60,932 nt of DNA. Origin: Micromonosporaceae bacterium. GTDB taxonomy: Bacteria > Actinomycetota > Actinomycetes > Mycobacteriales > Micromonosporaceae. The notes under the pieces were generated by a model. The model saw only the letters and a list, made by a program, of their open reading frames with translations, had not been told where the DNA came from and did not search any database. Shown piece after piece: positions 27,548 through 37,034 of this stretch. The DNA lies in the NCBI GenBank assembly GCA_050701795.1, contig JBOGDK010000001.1:1-60932 (forward strand). Reading direction: 5' to 3'. The first letter of the stretch is position 1. Each line of letters opens with the position of its first letter. Made by a program: the position numbers and the translations under genes.

Positions 27548-28381
27548 TCACCTGAGCGCTGCGGCCGCGCTATGACGCGAGACGAATTCGGCGATCGGGT
27601 CGGCTACGGCCGCCGGGGCCGTGGTGACCGAGAAGTGATCTCCGTCCACGAGGATGGCCTCCTCGCGCTGCGGGAACAACTCGTAGAGGAAAGCTCGCGC
27701 CGCGGGGTTGATCGGGTTCTCCGAGGCGGTACCCCACGAGAGCACCGGGCTGTCGATCTTTGCCGCCTGCTCGACCCCGTAGGTCCACTCGACCAATGCG
27801 GAAATTTCGCCCTCGACGAACGTCGCCGCGTCCTTGATGCCCTGGTCGACGACGCCGGGCCCCGCGGCCTGTGCCGCCGCCCGCCAGTCCAGCCCAGTTG
27901 GCTCGAAGAGCGCCTCGTAGGCGCCAGCGATGTCACCCGCCTGGTAACGACCCACCGCCGCCTCGAACGCCGGTCCCAGAATTCCCAGCAGCTCCGCGAA
28001 GTCGCTGGCAGCCAGCCAACTGCTCGACGGCAGCGGCTCGAGCAGCGCCAGAGACCGTACCCGATCGGGGTAGGAGGCTGCGAGTACGAGCGCGATCATC
28101 GCACCCTCGGAGTGGCCGACAAGGTGTGCCCGGTCCACGTCGAGGTGGTCCAGCAGGGCGACGATGTCGGCCGCCTGCATGTCGAAGCCACCCGCCGGTC
28201 CGCCGCTCTCGCCGTACCCGCGCCGGTGGTAGCGGATCCTCTGGAAACCGCTGAACGCCGGCTGTTCGGCCAACGGACGAAGGAAGTCTGCCCAGATGGC
28301 GCCGTGGATGAACAGCAGCGGCTCCCCTTCACCCTGGACGTCGTAGGCCAACTCGATGCCGTTCACGTTCGTCGTCTTCAT
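27548..28381 (-). CDS. Alpha/beta hydrolase
   Basis: 277 aa. PLLFIHG and nucleophile elbow GHSEGA. Confidence 0.8.
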   Translation of the reverse strand: MKTTNVNGIELAYDVQGEGEPLLFIHGAIWADFLRPLAEQPAFSGFQRIRYHRRGYGESGGPAGGFDMQAADIVALLDHLDVDRAHLVGHSEGAMIALVLAASYPDRVRSLALLEPLPSSSWLAASDFAELLGILGPAFEAAVGRYQAGDIAGAYEALFEPTGLDWRAAAQAAGPGVVDQGIKDAATFVEGEISALVEWTYGVEQAAKIDSPVLSWGTASENPINPAARAFLYELFPQREEAILVDGDHFSVTTAPAAVADPIAEFVSRHSAAAALR

Positions 28382-28548
28382 CGGAACCCCCCGGGTCGTA
28401 GGTCTCTTTCATCTGATGCCCGCCTAGCGAGCTTCTGGTTCGAGACTGGCCGACCGGGGCAGCCGTACGGATCGGCATTGGCTGCCACCTGAGTCCGAGG
28501 GCGTGGGTACAACTACCCATCTCCTATCCGGCGGGCCATGCTGGAGGT

Positions 28549-30186
28549 ATGGAAGCCGTCGCGACGGCACACCTGGTCCGCGCACGGGACCTCCACCGTG
28601 CGTCCCGGTGGGAGGAGGCGTGCGCGGAGTACGCCGCGGCAGACGCCGAAGAGCCGCTCGCCGTCGAGGATCTTGAAGCGTTCGCCGAGGCGGCCCAGGT
28701 CTCTGCCCGAGGCGACGAGGCGGTCGCCCTGCTTCACCGTGTCTTCGACCTCCGGGTCAGTGCCGGCGAACTCGATGACGCGGCGCAGGTGGCGTTCTGG
28801 CTGTGGTGGGTCCTGTTGAACAGCAACGAGGTCGTCCAGGCAAGCGGTTGGCTCAAGCAGACAAGCCGCACCCTGGGCCCCGCGATGGCCACCAGCCTGT
28901 GGCTCAGGATCCCTGAGGCGATGTTCCACGGAGCGACGGGCAACCGCTCTCGCGCCGGCGAGATGCTGGGGGCGATCGTCGACGAAGGTCAGGGCGAGGT
29001 GGTCCCCTGGGCCTTGTGCATGTGGGGCCAGACCCTGATCGACGAGGGGCGGCTGCAGGACGGGCTCGATCGCCTGGAGGAGGCGATGGCCATTCTCCAC
29101 CATGGCCTTTCGCCACGCGTCACCCCATGGATCTACTGTGCCGCCGTCCGCGGGTGCTGTCTGGCACGCGACTTCGCCCGCGCCGGGGCCTGGAACCGGT
29201 CGATGAGCAGGTGGCTCGATTCGCTGAGCAGTCTGGGAGGCGCGTATCTCGGGAACTGCCGCATCTACCGCTCGCGGTTGATGTGCCTCAACGGCGCCTG
29301 GCCGGACGCCCTCGAGGAGATCGCCGCGGTCTGTACCGACCTCGACGGCTACACCGGCTGGGTCTGCGGCCACGCGTACTACCAGCTCGGTGAGGTCCGG
29401 CGGCTACGTGGCGAGTGGGATGCCGCCGAAGCCGCCTACCGCCGCGCGGCGGAACATGGCTGCCCGACACAGCCGGGACTCGCCCTGCTCAGACTCGCCG
29501 AGAGTGACGTCGACGCCGCGTCAGCCGGCGTCCGTCGGGCGCTGACCGAGGTGACCGCGAAGCCCGACCGCCTGGACCTGTTGAAGGCCGCGGTCACCAT
29601 CTACCTCGAGGAGAGGAATCTCGAGGCGGCCCGGGATGCGGTGACCGAGTTCGAGGAGATCACTGGCGAGCTGACGACGCCTGTCATCGAGGCCGAGACG
29701 TCGGCCGTGAGAGGCGCACTGGCGCTTGCCGAGGGCGACCCCGGAAGTGCGTTGCCACTCCTCCGGCGGTCCGCCGGTACCTGGCAGGAGCAGGATGCCC
29801 CGTACGAGAGGGCCAAACTGAACGTCATGATCGGGCAGGCCTGCCGCGCGCTCGCTGACCATGATGGTGCGCGGCTCGAATTTTCAGCGGCCCGGGAGAC
29901 ATTCGAACGGCTCGGTGCGCGTCCGGATCTGGCTCAGCTAGACCGTATCGTCGCGGCCACGGACCCTGGTCCCGAGACACGCGGACTCACTCCACGGGAG
30001 ATCGAGGTTCTCTGCCTCATCGCCCGAGGCAAGGCGAACCGTGCGATCGCCAACGAGCTGCATCTCAGCGAGCGTACGGTGCATCGCCACGTGTCCAACA
30101 TCTTCACCAAGCTCGGCGTCGACTCGCGTGCCGCCGCGGTCGCGTACGGAATCAAGCACCGCATCGTCGAGATGGGCACCCTCTAA
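28549..30186 (+). CDS. LuxR-family transcriptional regulator with a helical-repeat (TPR-like) N-terminal region
   Basis: C-terminal HTH LTPREIEVLCLIARGKANRAIANELHLSERTVHRHVSNIFTKLGV. Confidence 0.85.
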   Translation: MEAVATAHLVRARDLHRASRWEEACAEYAAADAEEPLAVEDLEAFAEAAQVSARGDEAVALLHRVFDLRVSAGELDDAAQVAFWLWWVLLNSNEVVQASGWLKQTSRTLGPAMATSLWLRIPEAMFHGATGNRSRAGEMLGAIVDEGQGEVVPWALCMWGQTLIDEGRLQDGLDRLEEAMAILHHGLSPRVTPWIYCAAVRGCCLARDFARAGAWNRSMSRWLDSLSSLGGAYLGNCRIYRSRLMCLNGAWPDALEEIAAVCTDLDGYTGWVCGHAYYQLGEVRRLRGEWDAAEAAYRRAAEHGCPTQPGLALLRLAESDVDAASAGVRRALTEVTAKPDRLDLLKAAVTIYLEERNLEAARDAVTEFEEITGELTTPVIEAETSAVRGALALAEGDPGSALPLLRRSAGTWQEQDAPYERAKLNVMIGQACRALADHDGARLEFSAARETFERLGARPDLAQLDRIVAATDPGPETRGLTPREIEVLCLIARGKANRAIANELHLSERTVHRHVSNIFTKLGVDSRAAAVAYGIKHRIVEMGTL

Positions 30187-30265
30187 GGGGCGAGCTCCGA
30201 TTCGTCGCGGCGTGCCGCTGACGCAGGTCAGGGCCATGTTGTGCGGCCATGACCTGGGGCACGGC

Positions 30266-30673
30266 GGACGAGTCGGCCTGTACGCCGGGTTCTGTCGCCG
30301 GACGCCGAAGCGCCCCGCGGGCGGTCATCCATCTCGGCCTGCCGTCGCCGACAGGCTCTAGCGATCTACCCGCAGGCTCGGGCGGGCCGCCCTCGAATGC
30401 CTGCACAGGAGCCCGAAGACTCCCTCTTGACCTTGCTCCGGGTGGGGTTTACCGAGCCACCCCGGTCACCCGGGGCGCTGGTGGTCTCTTACACCACCGT
30501 TTCACCCTTACCTGTTGTGACGCCGTAACGCCGCACCAGGCGGTCTGCTTTCTGTGGCACTGTCCCGCGGGTCACCCCGGGTTGCCGTTAACAACCACCC
30601 TGCCCTGCGGAGCCCGGACGTTCCTCGGCGGCGGGAGTCCCCCACCGACGCGACCGCCCGGCCAACTCGTCCG
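30266..30673 (-). ncRNA. rnpB: RNase P RNA, bacterial type A
   Basis: The reverse complement contains the universal blocks GAGGAACGUCCGGGCUCC (P4 5' strand), CACAGAAAGCAGACCGCC, GGGUGAAACGGUGGUGUAAGAGACCACCAG and GACAGAACCCGGCGUACAGG (P4 3' strand). P1 pairs GGACGAGUUGGCC with GGCCGACUCGUCC. Total length about 408 nt. Confidence 0.9.
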
Positions 30674-30798
30674 CCGTGCCTGTCCATGGTACCGACGTGC
30701 GGTCCGGCACCACGATCTCGTACCGACGGGTCTGCGTGTGCCGTCAGCAGTGGAAAACCCCGCGATACGGCATCAAGCGGGCCCCGTAACCTCAGTCT

Positions 30799-31563
30799 GT
30801 GGATGTTGCCGATGCACTCCTGCTGCTGGCTGCCGGGCTCGCGGCCGGTGGCGTGAACGCGCTGGCCGGTGGCGGCTCCCTGGTGAGCTTCCCGGCCCTG
30901 CTGGCCACGGGGCTGCCTCCGGTGGCCGCGAACGTGTCGAACTCGATCTCGGTGTGTCCGGGTTACCTCGCCAGCGTGTACGGCAGCCGCGCGGATCTGA
31001 GGGGTGAGCGGCGGACGGCGTACGAACTGCTCCCCACGACAGCCGCCGGCACCGCTGTGGGGTGCGCCATCCTGCTGCTCACCCCCGCTCGGGCGTTCGA
31101 ACTCGTGGTGCCGTTCCTGGTACTCGGCGCCGCGGCGACGTTGGCGTTGCAGGGACGGCTCCGGCGGATCGTCGGCCACCCACACGAGTTGAGCCACCGG
31201 CGGCGGCGTCTCTACCTGCACCTGTTGGCCGGCCTCGGCGCGGTGTACGGCGGCTATTTCGGTGCCGCCCTGGGGGTGGTGCTGGTCGCCGTACTGGCGC
31301 TCGTGATCGAGGAGCGGATGGCGGGGATCAGCGCGTTGAAGAACGTGTTGGCGGCAGTCGTCGGCCTGATGACCGCGGTGGTGTTCGGACTTTTCGGGCC
31401 GGTGCACTGGTTGTCGGTGCTGGTGCTGGCTCCGGCGACGATCGCGGGCGGCTACCTCGGGGCCCGGTTGACACGCCAGTTGCCGTCCGCTGTGCTCCGG
31501 TGGGTGATCGTCGGCTACGGCACGGTGATCGGGTTGGTTCTGCTGGTCCGCGCATTCGCCTGA
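30799..31563 (+). CDS. TauE/SafE family sulfite exporter-like membrane protein
   Basis: 254 aa. LAAGGVNALAGGGSLVSFPAL and a repeated half with GGYFGAALGV. Confidence 0.8.
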   Translation: MDVADALLLLAAGLAAGGVNALAGGGSLVSFPALLATGLPPVAANVSNSISVCPGYLASVYGSRADLRGERRTAYELLPTTAAGTAVGCAILLLTPARAFELVVPFLVLGAAATLALQGRLRRIVGHPHELSHRRRRLYLHLLAGLGAVYGGYFGAALGVVLVAVLALVIEERMAGISALKNVLAAVVGLMTAVVFGLFGPVHWLSVLVLAPATIAGGYLGARLTRQLPSAVLRWVIVGYGTVIGLVLLVRAFA

Positions 31564-31882
31564 ACCGCCCGGGGAAGGTCAACCGCGCACACCGCCTCTG
31601 GGCAGAAGATTGTTGACAATCAGAGGATCTCGGTTGTCACCATCCTGTCTCGAGTCCCTGCGTCCGTGAGGAGCCACTGGTGGAGGCCACGACCGCAATT
31701 CCTTCACCGCAGGCCGCTGCACCAGTGGCGCGCCGACGACGTACTGGTCGGTGGGGTGGCCGCCACCCCCGGGGGCGAGCTGCGGCTGCCGGACGGGACG
31801 GGCCTGGAGGTCACCGTGGACCCCGAGCGGGTGGCCCGGTACGCCGAGCTAAACCGCACCGAGGGCCCGCGCGGCCGTGGCA

Positions 31883-33184
31883 CTACGTGGCCAGAACGCC
31901 CAGGTGACTGGTGTCGTTGACCAGGCGTACCGAGATGCCACCGTCCGGCCAGGTGTCCACGATGGAGACCCCGGCCGGGTCGAGATGCAGCTGGTGCAGG
32001 AACCGTACGCCGCCGTCGAGCGCGTCCCGGAGCACCACCTTGATGGTGGTGACATGGCCGACCACCACGATAGTTTCCGCTGGGTACGCGGCCAGCAACC
32101 GCGCCACGGCGGGGCGTACCCGCGCGGTGACCTCATCGATGGATTCCCCGTCCGGCGGCGACACCGCGGTGGAGGCCAGCCAGGCGTCGAGTTCCACCGG
32201 CCACCGCTGGCGTACCTCGCCGAACGTGAGGCCTTCCCAGGCGCCGAAGTCACACTCCGCGAAGGCATCTTCGACCACGACCTCCGGTACGCCGAGCACC
32301 TCAGCGAGCTCCTCGCCGGTACGTCTCGCCCGCACCAACGGCGAACTGACCACCCGGGTTTTCGCGCCGGAGTCGACCAGTGCGCTGAGGCGGGCAGCCG
32401 CGGCCAACGCCTGCGCCTGGCCCTGCTCCGTCAGCACCGGATCACCACGCCCGGAGAACCGGCGCTGTACGGACAGCGAGGTCTCCCCGTGCCGTACCAG
32501 GATCAGGCGGGTGTGCTGCTCGGCCCGCGGGGCCCAGTGTCGTGGCCGCGCCGACCCCGCGGTGGGCTCGTCAGTCCGGGCGCCCAGCACAGCGGCCGAC
32601 TCCGAGTCGGTGCTGGGGACAGGCGACCGGTCGGCGGCCGCGGCGGTCAAGCTGCCGGTGGTGGGAGCCGGCGCAGTGGGAGCCGGCGCGGTGAGGGCTG
32701 GCGGGGTGGGCGCGTCAGCGACGGGCCGCCCCGCCGGGCCTTTTCCCACCGCGGCTCTCCCCGGCTGCTTGCCGGCCGCGGCGTCCATCGCGGCGTTCGC
32801 GAGGGCGTCGGCTTTGAGGTTCCGCGCCCTCGGGATCCAGGTCAGTTCGACCTTGTCGAAGCCCCGGATCAGCTCGGCGGCCCGGGTCGCGAGCGGACGT
32901 AGCCCGGGGTGCTTGATCTTCCACCGGCCCGACATCTGCTCCACCACGAGCTTGGAGTCCATCCGTACGCCCACCACCCGGGCACCCAGCTCGGCCGCCG
33001 CCTCCAGCCCGGCGATCAGGCCCGAATACTCCGCCACGTTGTTGGTCGCGGTGCCCAGCGACTCCGCACGCTCGGCCAGCACGATCCCGCTGTCCGGATC
33101 GACGACCACCGCGCCGTAACCCGCCGGTCCCGGGTTGCCCCGGGCTCCCCCGTCGGCCTCGACGATCACCCGTTCGACCGCCAT
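31883..33184 (-). CDS. Bifunctional RNase H / histidine phosphatase (Rv2228c-like)
   Basis: N-terminal RNase H domain (VIVEADGGARGNPGPAGYGAVV) and C-terminal phosphoglycerate-mutase-like domain (LILVRHGET). The ATG at 33184 overlaps the upstream stop (TAATG). Confidence 0.85.
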   Translation of the reverse strand: MAVERVIVEADGGARGNPGPAGYGAVVVDPDSGIVLAERAESLGTATNNVAEYSGLIAGLEAAAELGARVVGVRMDSKLVVEQMSGRWKIKHPGLRPLATRAAELIRGFDKVELTWIPRARNLKADALANAAMDAAAGKQPGRAAVGKGPAGRPVADAPTPPALTAPAPTAPAPTTGSLTAAAADRSPVPSTDSESAAVLGARTDEPTAGSARPRHWAPRAEQHTRLILVRHGETSLSVQRRFSGRGDPVLTEQGQAQALAAAARLSALVDSGAKTRVVSSPLVRARRTGEELAEVLGVPEVVVEDAFAECDFGAWEGLTFGEVRQRWPVELDAWLASTAVSPPDGESIDEVTARVRPAVARLLAAYPAETIVVVGHVTTIKVVLRDALDGGVRFLHQLHLDPAGVSIVDTWPDGGISVRLVNDTSHLGVLAT

Positions 33185-33930
33185 TACAGACCCGACTCCT
33201 TGGTACGCACGAGGATCCGCCGGCACTCCTCGCACCGTACGACCTCGTCCGGGGCGGACAACCGTACCCGCGACAGGTCGCTGCCGGCCAACTCCAGGCG
33301 GCACCCCTCACAACGCCCGGCACGCAGCATCGCCGCACCCTGGCCCGTCTGCTCCCGGATCTTCTCGTACAGGGCCACCAGGTCATCGGGTAGCGAGCCG
33401 ACCAGAGGACCCCGGTCGCCGCGAAGCTGCTGCTCCTCCGCGGAGACCTCCGCCAACGCGGCGTCCCGGCGACGCGCGGTGGCGTCGGCCTGCTCGGTCA
33501 GACTCGCCAGCCGGTTGTCGACGACGTCGAGCGCCGCCTGGGCCCCCTCACGCTGCTCCATCAGCTCCAGCTCGGAGTCCTCCAACTCCTCCTGCCGCCT
33601 CGCCAGGGTGGCGATCTCGTGCTGCAGGCTCTCCAGCTCCTTCGGCGCCCCGGAACCCGAGTCCAGCCGGCCCTGGTCCTTGGCGGCGCGCTGCCGTACC
33701 TGGTCGACATCGCGTTCCAGGCGGGCGATGTCACGGTCCAGGTCGTCAACGGCCACCAGCGCCTTGGCCCGCTCGTCCGCGAGGCTCTGCAGTTCGGATT
33801 CCTGCCGCCGCAGTTCCTCATGATCGGGCAGGTGGCGGGAACGGTGCGCCAACTGGGCCAGCGACGTATCGATCGCCTGAAGCTCCAGCAGGCCCCGTTG
33901 GGCGTCCGGATCGGCCTTCACGAGTGGCAT
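33184..33930 (-). CDS. C4-type zinc-ribbon, coiled-coil protein (Rv2229c-like)
   Basis: Long coiled coil followed by CEGC...CEEC. ATG at 33930 is preceded by GGAGGA. Confidence 0.75.
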   Translation of the reverse strand: MPLVKADPDAQRGLLELQAIDTSLAQLAHRSRHLPDHEELRRQESELQSLADERAKALVAVDDLDRDIARLERDVDQVRQRAAKDQGRLDSGSGAPKELESLQHEIATLARRQEELEDSELELMEQREGAQAALDVVDNRLASLTEQADATARRRDAALAEVSAEEQQLRGDRGPLVGSLPDDLVALYEKIREQTGQGAAMLRAGRCEGCRLELAGSDLSRVRLSAPDEVVRCEECRRILVRTKESGL

Positions 33931-34817
33931 TCCTCCTTGGTCGTCGCGCTGTCGGTACGCAGATTCCACGGGTCGGTGCAGAGGTCGGATACCACAGTCT
34001 CCACCCCGGTCTGCGCGAGCTGCCCGGCAACCGTATCCAGCCAGGGTCGTTCGGTGGCCCAGTGCGTCGCATCCAGCAGCGCCGGGCCGCCCCCGGCGAG
34101 GTGTTCGGATGCCGGATGGTGCCTCAGGTCGGCGGTGAGGTACGCGTCCGCGCCCGCCGCGTCGCGCAGGAACTCATCACCCGCCCCGCCGCACACCGCG
34201 ACCGTACGGATCTCCCGCTCGGGGTCACCCGCGGCGCGTACCCCCGAGGGGGTTCCCGGCAGCGCCGACCCCACACTCCGGACGAAATCGGCGAACCGCA
34301 TCGGGGCAGGCAGGTCTCCGACCCGGCCGATGCCGCGCCCCTCCCCGGCCGCCACGCCATCGGCGACCCGCAACGGCCGCAGGTCCGCGAGGCCCAGGCG
34401 GGTCGCCAGCGCATCCGAGACCCCGGGGTTGGCGACGTCGGCGTTGGTGTGCGCCACGAACAAGCCCATCCCGGCCCGGATCATCCGGTGCACGATCCGG
34501 CCCTTGTACGTGGTGGCCGCGACGCTGGAGACGCCGCGCAGCAGCAGCGGATGGTGGGCCACGATCAACTCCGCGCCCACCTCGATCGCCTCCGCCACGG
34601 TCTCCGGCACCACGTCGACCACGCAGAGCACCCGGCGCACCCGATCGGACGGCTCACCCAGCACCAGCCCGACCCGGTCCCAGGGCTGTGCCCAGGAGGG
34701 CGGATACCAGGTGTTCAGCTCGTCGATCAGCTCGCAGACGGTACGGGTCGCCGGCTCGGGACCACGAGGTCGCGAAGATCCGTCCCGACCCTGCGGCCCG
34801 CTCCGTTGCATGCTCAC
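33918..34817 (-). CDS. Nif3-like dinuclear metal centre protein (Rv2230c-like)
   Basis: AQPWDRVGLVLGEP, ELIVAHHPLL and FVAHTNADV motifs. Confidence 0.85.
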   Translation of the reverse strand: MSMQRSGPQGRDGSSRPRGPEPATRTVCELIDELNTWYPPSWAQPWDRVGLVLGEPSDRVRRVLCVVDVVPETVAEAIEVGAELIVAHHPLLLRGVSSVAATTYKGRIVHRMIRAGMGLFVAHTNADVANPGVSDALATRLGLADLRPLRVADGVAAGEGRGIGRVGDLPAPMRFADFVRSVGSALPGTPSGVRAAGDPEREIRTVAVCGGAGDEFLRDAAGADAYLTADLRHHPASEHLAGGGPALLDATHWATERPWLDTVAGQLAQTGVETVVSDLCTDPWNLRTDSATTKEECHS

Positions 34818-34865
34818 GGCGGGGAGGCTACCTCGTTCCGCGAGGTTCGGCGCAGCGGCGCGGCC

Positions 34866-35459
34866 TCACGCTCCGGCTTTCCGTTCCCATGCCCGCGGCG
34901 CGTCCGGTAATGCTCCGGAATTGCGTTCCAGTGCCCGTAGCGCGTCCCCCCAGGGGAACTGGGACATTCGGTCATCGCCGGTGCCTGGTGGGTGCAACGG
35001 GTACACGTCGTCGCCGTACAGCACGGTGACGCCCCACCGGCGCAGCCGTTCGAGGTTCTCCCCGAACGCGGGGTGCGCCGCCTGGGCGGTGTTCGTGAAC
35101 GGCATCGTGACGATCGGCAGGCCCTTTCCGAGGCCCTCCACCAGCAGACCCAGCAGCAGCGTGTCACTGATCCCCGCCGCCCACTTGTTGATCGTGTTGG
35201 TGGTGGCCGGCGCCGCGATCAGGGCCGACGGCGGCGGCAGGATGTCCGGGTCCGCCGGCTGCTTGTACTGGCTTCGCACAGGGTGGCCGGTCTGCTTCTC
35301 CAGAGCGTCGGAGTCGATGAACTTCACGCCGTCCGGAGACGCGATCACACACGTCTGCCACCCCGCCTGTTGCGCGAGATCGACCAGCCTTCCGACATCT
35401 CGCGCGGCGGGACAACCACTGACGAGGATGTACAACACGGCGCCCATGGCACCCGTCAT
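34866..35459 (-). CDS. Stand-alone flavoprotein of the HFCD (CoaC/EpiD-like) family
   Basis: 197 aa. LIAAPATTNTINKWAAGISDTLLLG matches the HFCD PxTxNTxxKxAxGxxDxLL signature. The start ATG overlaps the XRE gene's stop (ATGA). Confidence 0.75.
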   Translation of the reverse strand: MTGAMGAVLYILVSGCPAARDVGRLVDLAQQAGWQTCVIASPDGVKFIDSDALEKQTGHPVRSQYKQPADPDILPPPSALIAAPATTNTINKWAAGISDTLLLGLLVEGLGKGLPIVTMPFTNTAQAAHPAFGENLERLRRWGVTVLYGDDVYPLHPPGTGDDRMSQFPWGDALRALERNSGALPDAPRAWERKAGA

Positions 35460-36685
35460 ACCGCAACACCCATGTGGTCGGCGAGCTCAACGAGCGGTCT
35501 GACCGGATTCGTACGGGCGCGGCGCAGCACTTCGATGAGCACTTCGTGCGCCAGCGGGCGGCACCGCACCTCCGAGGGGGCCAGCCGGTCGGCGTCGAGC
35601 AGCATCTCTCCCGCCATCTCCAACTTCCCCATCTGGGTGTAGCCGCGGGCCACGTCGACGAAGTGATTCGCGCGCCGCTCCGCGGTGAGCCCGTTCAGCG
35701 CCTCCGTACTGAGTAGCCCCTCATGCGTCTCCACCGCGATATGGCCTTCTCCCAGCTCCACCGCCGCGGCCGCCTTGTGCACCAGTACATTCGTCGGCCC
35801 GAACGAGGTCCAGTAGTGGTTGGCGTCGGCGCCCAGCTCGTCCGCGGCGTCGACGGCCTCGCCGATCAGCTCCTTGACCGCGGGAGCGTCACCGGAACGC
35901 GCCGCCGCCATCGCACCCTGCAGCAGCAGGATTCCGTACACCGAGAGTCGTTCCGGGGTGGGTTTGTCCTTACCGGGCCTGATCTTCTCGGCGACGCTGA
36001 CGTTGAGGTTCTGCGCGGGGCCGGGACGTCCGAGGGCAAGCAACGCGTTCGCGACCCGGTACGTGGCGACCCCGGCCAGCAGCGGGTTGTCGGCACGCTG
36101 CGAGACCGCGATCGCCCGGTCGGCCGCGAGCCAGCACAGGTCGTACTCGCCGAGCTTGCGCAGCACCGACGCCGCGATCTGGTACGCCTGGGCGAGCAGC
36201 GAGGCCGCCCGCCGGTCGTCGGTGGAGTCGAACGCCGCGTCGGCGGCCTGTGCGTCCCGGATCAGCCGGGGAAGGATCCGCGCCAGCACGCCGTACTTCG
36301 CGTGGTGGAACGTCATCCAGGAATGCCGTACCGCCTTGTCCAATTCGTCCAGGGACGGCGGCGCGGCGTACTCCGGCTCGAACAGGGAACCGATCTGGTC
36401 GTACCGCTCCAGGGAGTCGCGGATCTCTTCGACTTCGACTTCGTCGATGCAGTTGACCGACTCTGGACGGCGCTTCGGGAGTTCTCCGAGCATCAGCTGG
36501 ACGTCGACCTGCAGCACCTCGGCGATCTCGTACAACACCGAGAATTTGTCCAGTCGGCGGGCGCCCCGCTCGACCTTGTCCACCCAGCTCTTGGATTTGC
36601 CGATCCGATCGGCAAACACCTGCTGGGACATTTTGCGCCGTTGCCGCCAATACGCTACGCGGCGGCCGGTCGGCAAACCGTCCAT
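35456..36685 (-). CDS. XRE-family HTH regulator with a large helical (TPR-like) C-terminal domain
   Basis: 409 aa. RRKMSQQVFADRIGKSKSWVDKVERG is the HTH_XRE motif. Confidence 0.8.
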   Translation of the reverse strand: MDGLPTGRRVAYWRQRRKMSQQVFADRIGKSKSWVDKVERGARRLDKFSVLYEIAEVLQVDVQLMLGELPKRRPESVNCIDEVEVEEIRDSLERYDQIGSLFEPEYAAPPSLDELDKAVRHSWMTFHHAKYGVLARILPRLIRDAQAADAAFDSTDDRRAASLLAQAYQIAASVLRKLGEYDLCWLAADRAIAVSQRADNPLLAGVATYRVANALLALGRPGPAQNLNVSVAEKIRPGKDKPTPERLSVYGILLLQGAMAAARSGDAPAVKELIGEAVDAADELGADANHYWTSFGPTNVLVHKAAAAVELGEGHIAVETHEGLLSTEALNGLTAERRANHFVDVARGYTQMGKLEMAGEMLLDADRLAPSEVRCRPLAHEVLIEVLRRARTNPVRPLVELADHMGVAV

Positions 36686-37034
36686 CGTGGCCCCCCACAG
36701 TCAACCCGTTCCCGGTCGTCTGGGCCGGGGCCCAGAACGTGAGGCTTTCGGGGTCCGGCGGGTCGCGCCGCCGGTTCTTCACAGCAGGTCCGCCGCCTGG
36801 TGTCCAGCGGTGGACTTCTTCTGCCCGGTGCTTTTGGCTGACGCAGCAACTCACCTTGTCGGGACGGTCACCTGTCTCCGCGTTCAGCGGATCCAGAGCG
36901 ATTTCGAACCGTCGCACTTGGTGTGCGTTGCGTGACGTCCTGACCTCCTTAGCGTGATCCCCCGAAGCTTCCGAGTAGCGGTTCTACCTAACGCAACGAA
37001 TCCATTCGCTGTGTGGTAACGAGGAGGTGTCGTA

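Noticed and set aside
31666-31920. 84-aa + strand ORF between the TauE gene and the RNase H/phosphatase gene, with locally high GC3
   Set aside because: It has no RBS and no recognisable motif, the N-terminus is Arg/Trp/Pro-rich, and its last 38 nt overlap the convergent, well-supported gene. It may be real, but the sequence alone does not support it.
33619-35502. 627-aa + strand ORF (and 33135-34910, 591 aa) across the zinc-ribbon, Nif3 and flavoprotein genes
   Set aside because: It is antisense to three well-supported genes and has Ser/Arg/Pro/Ala-rich composition.
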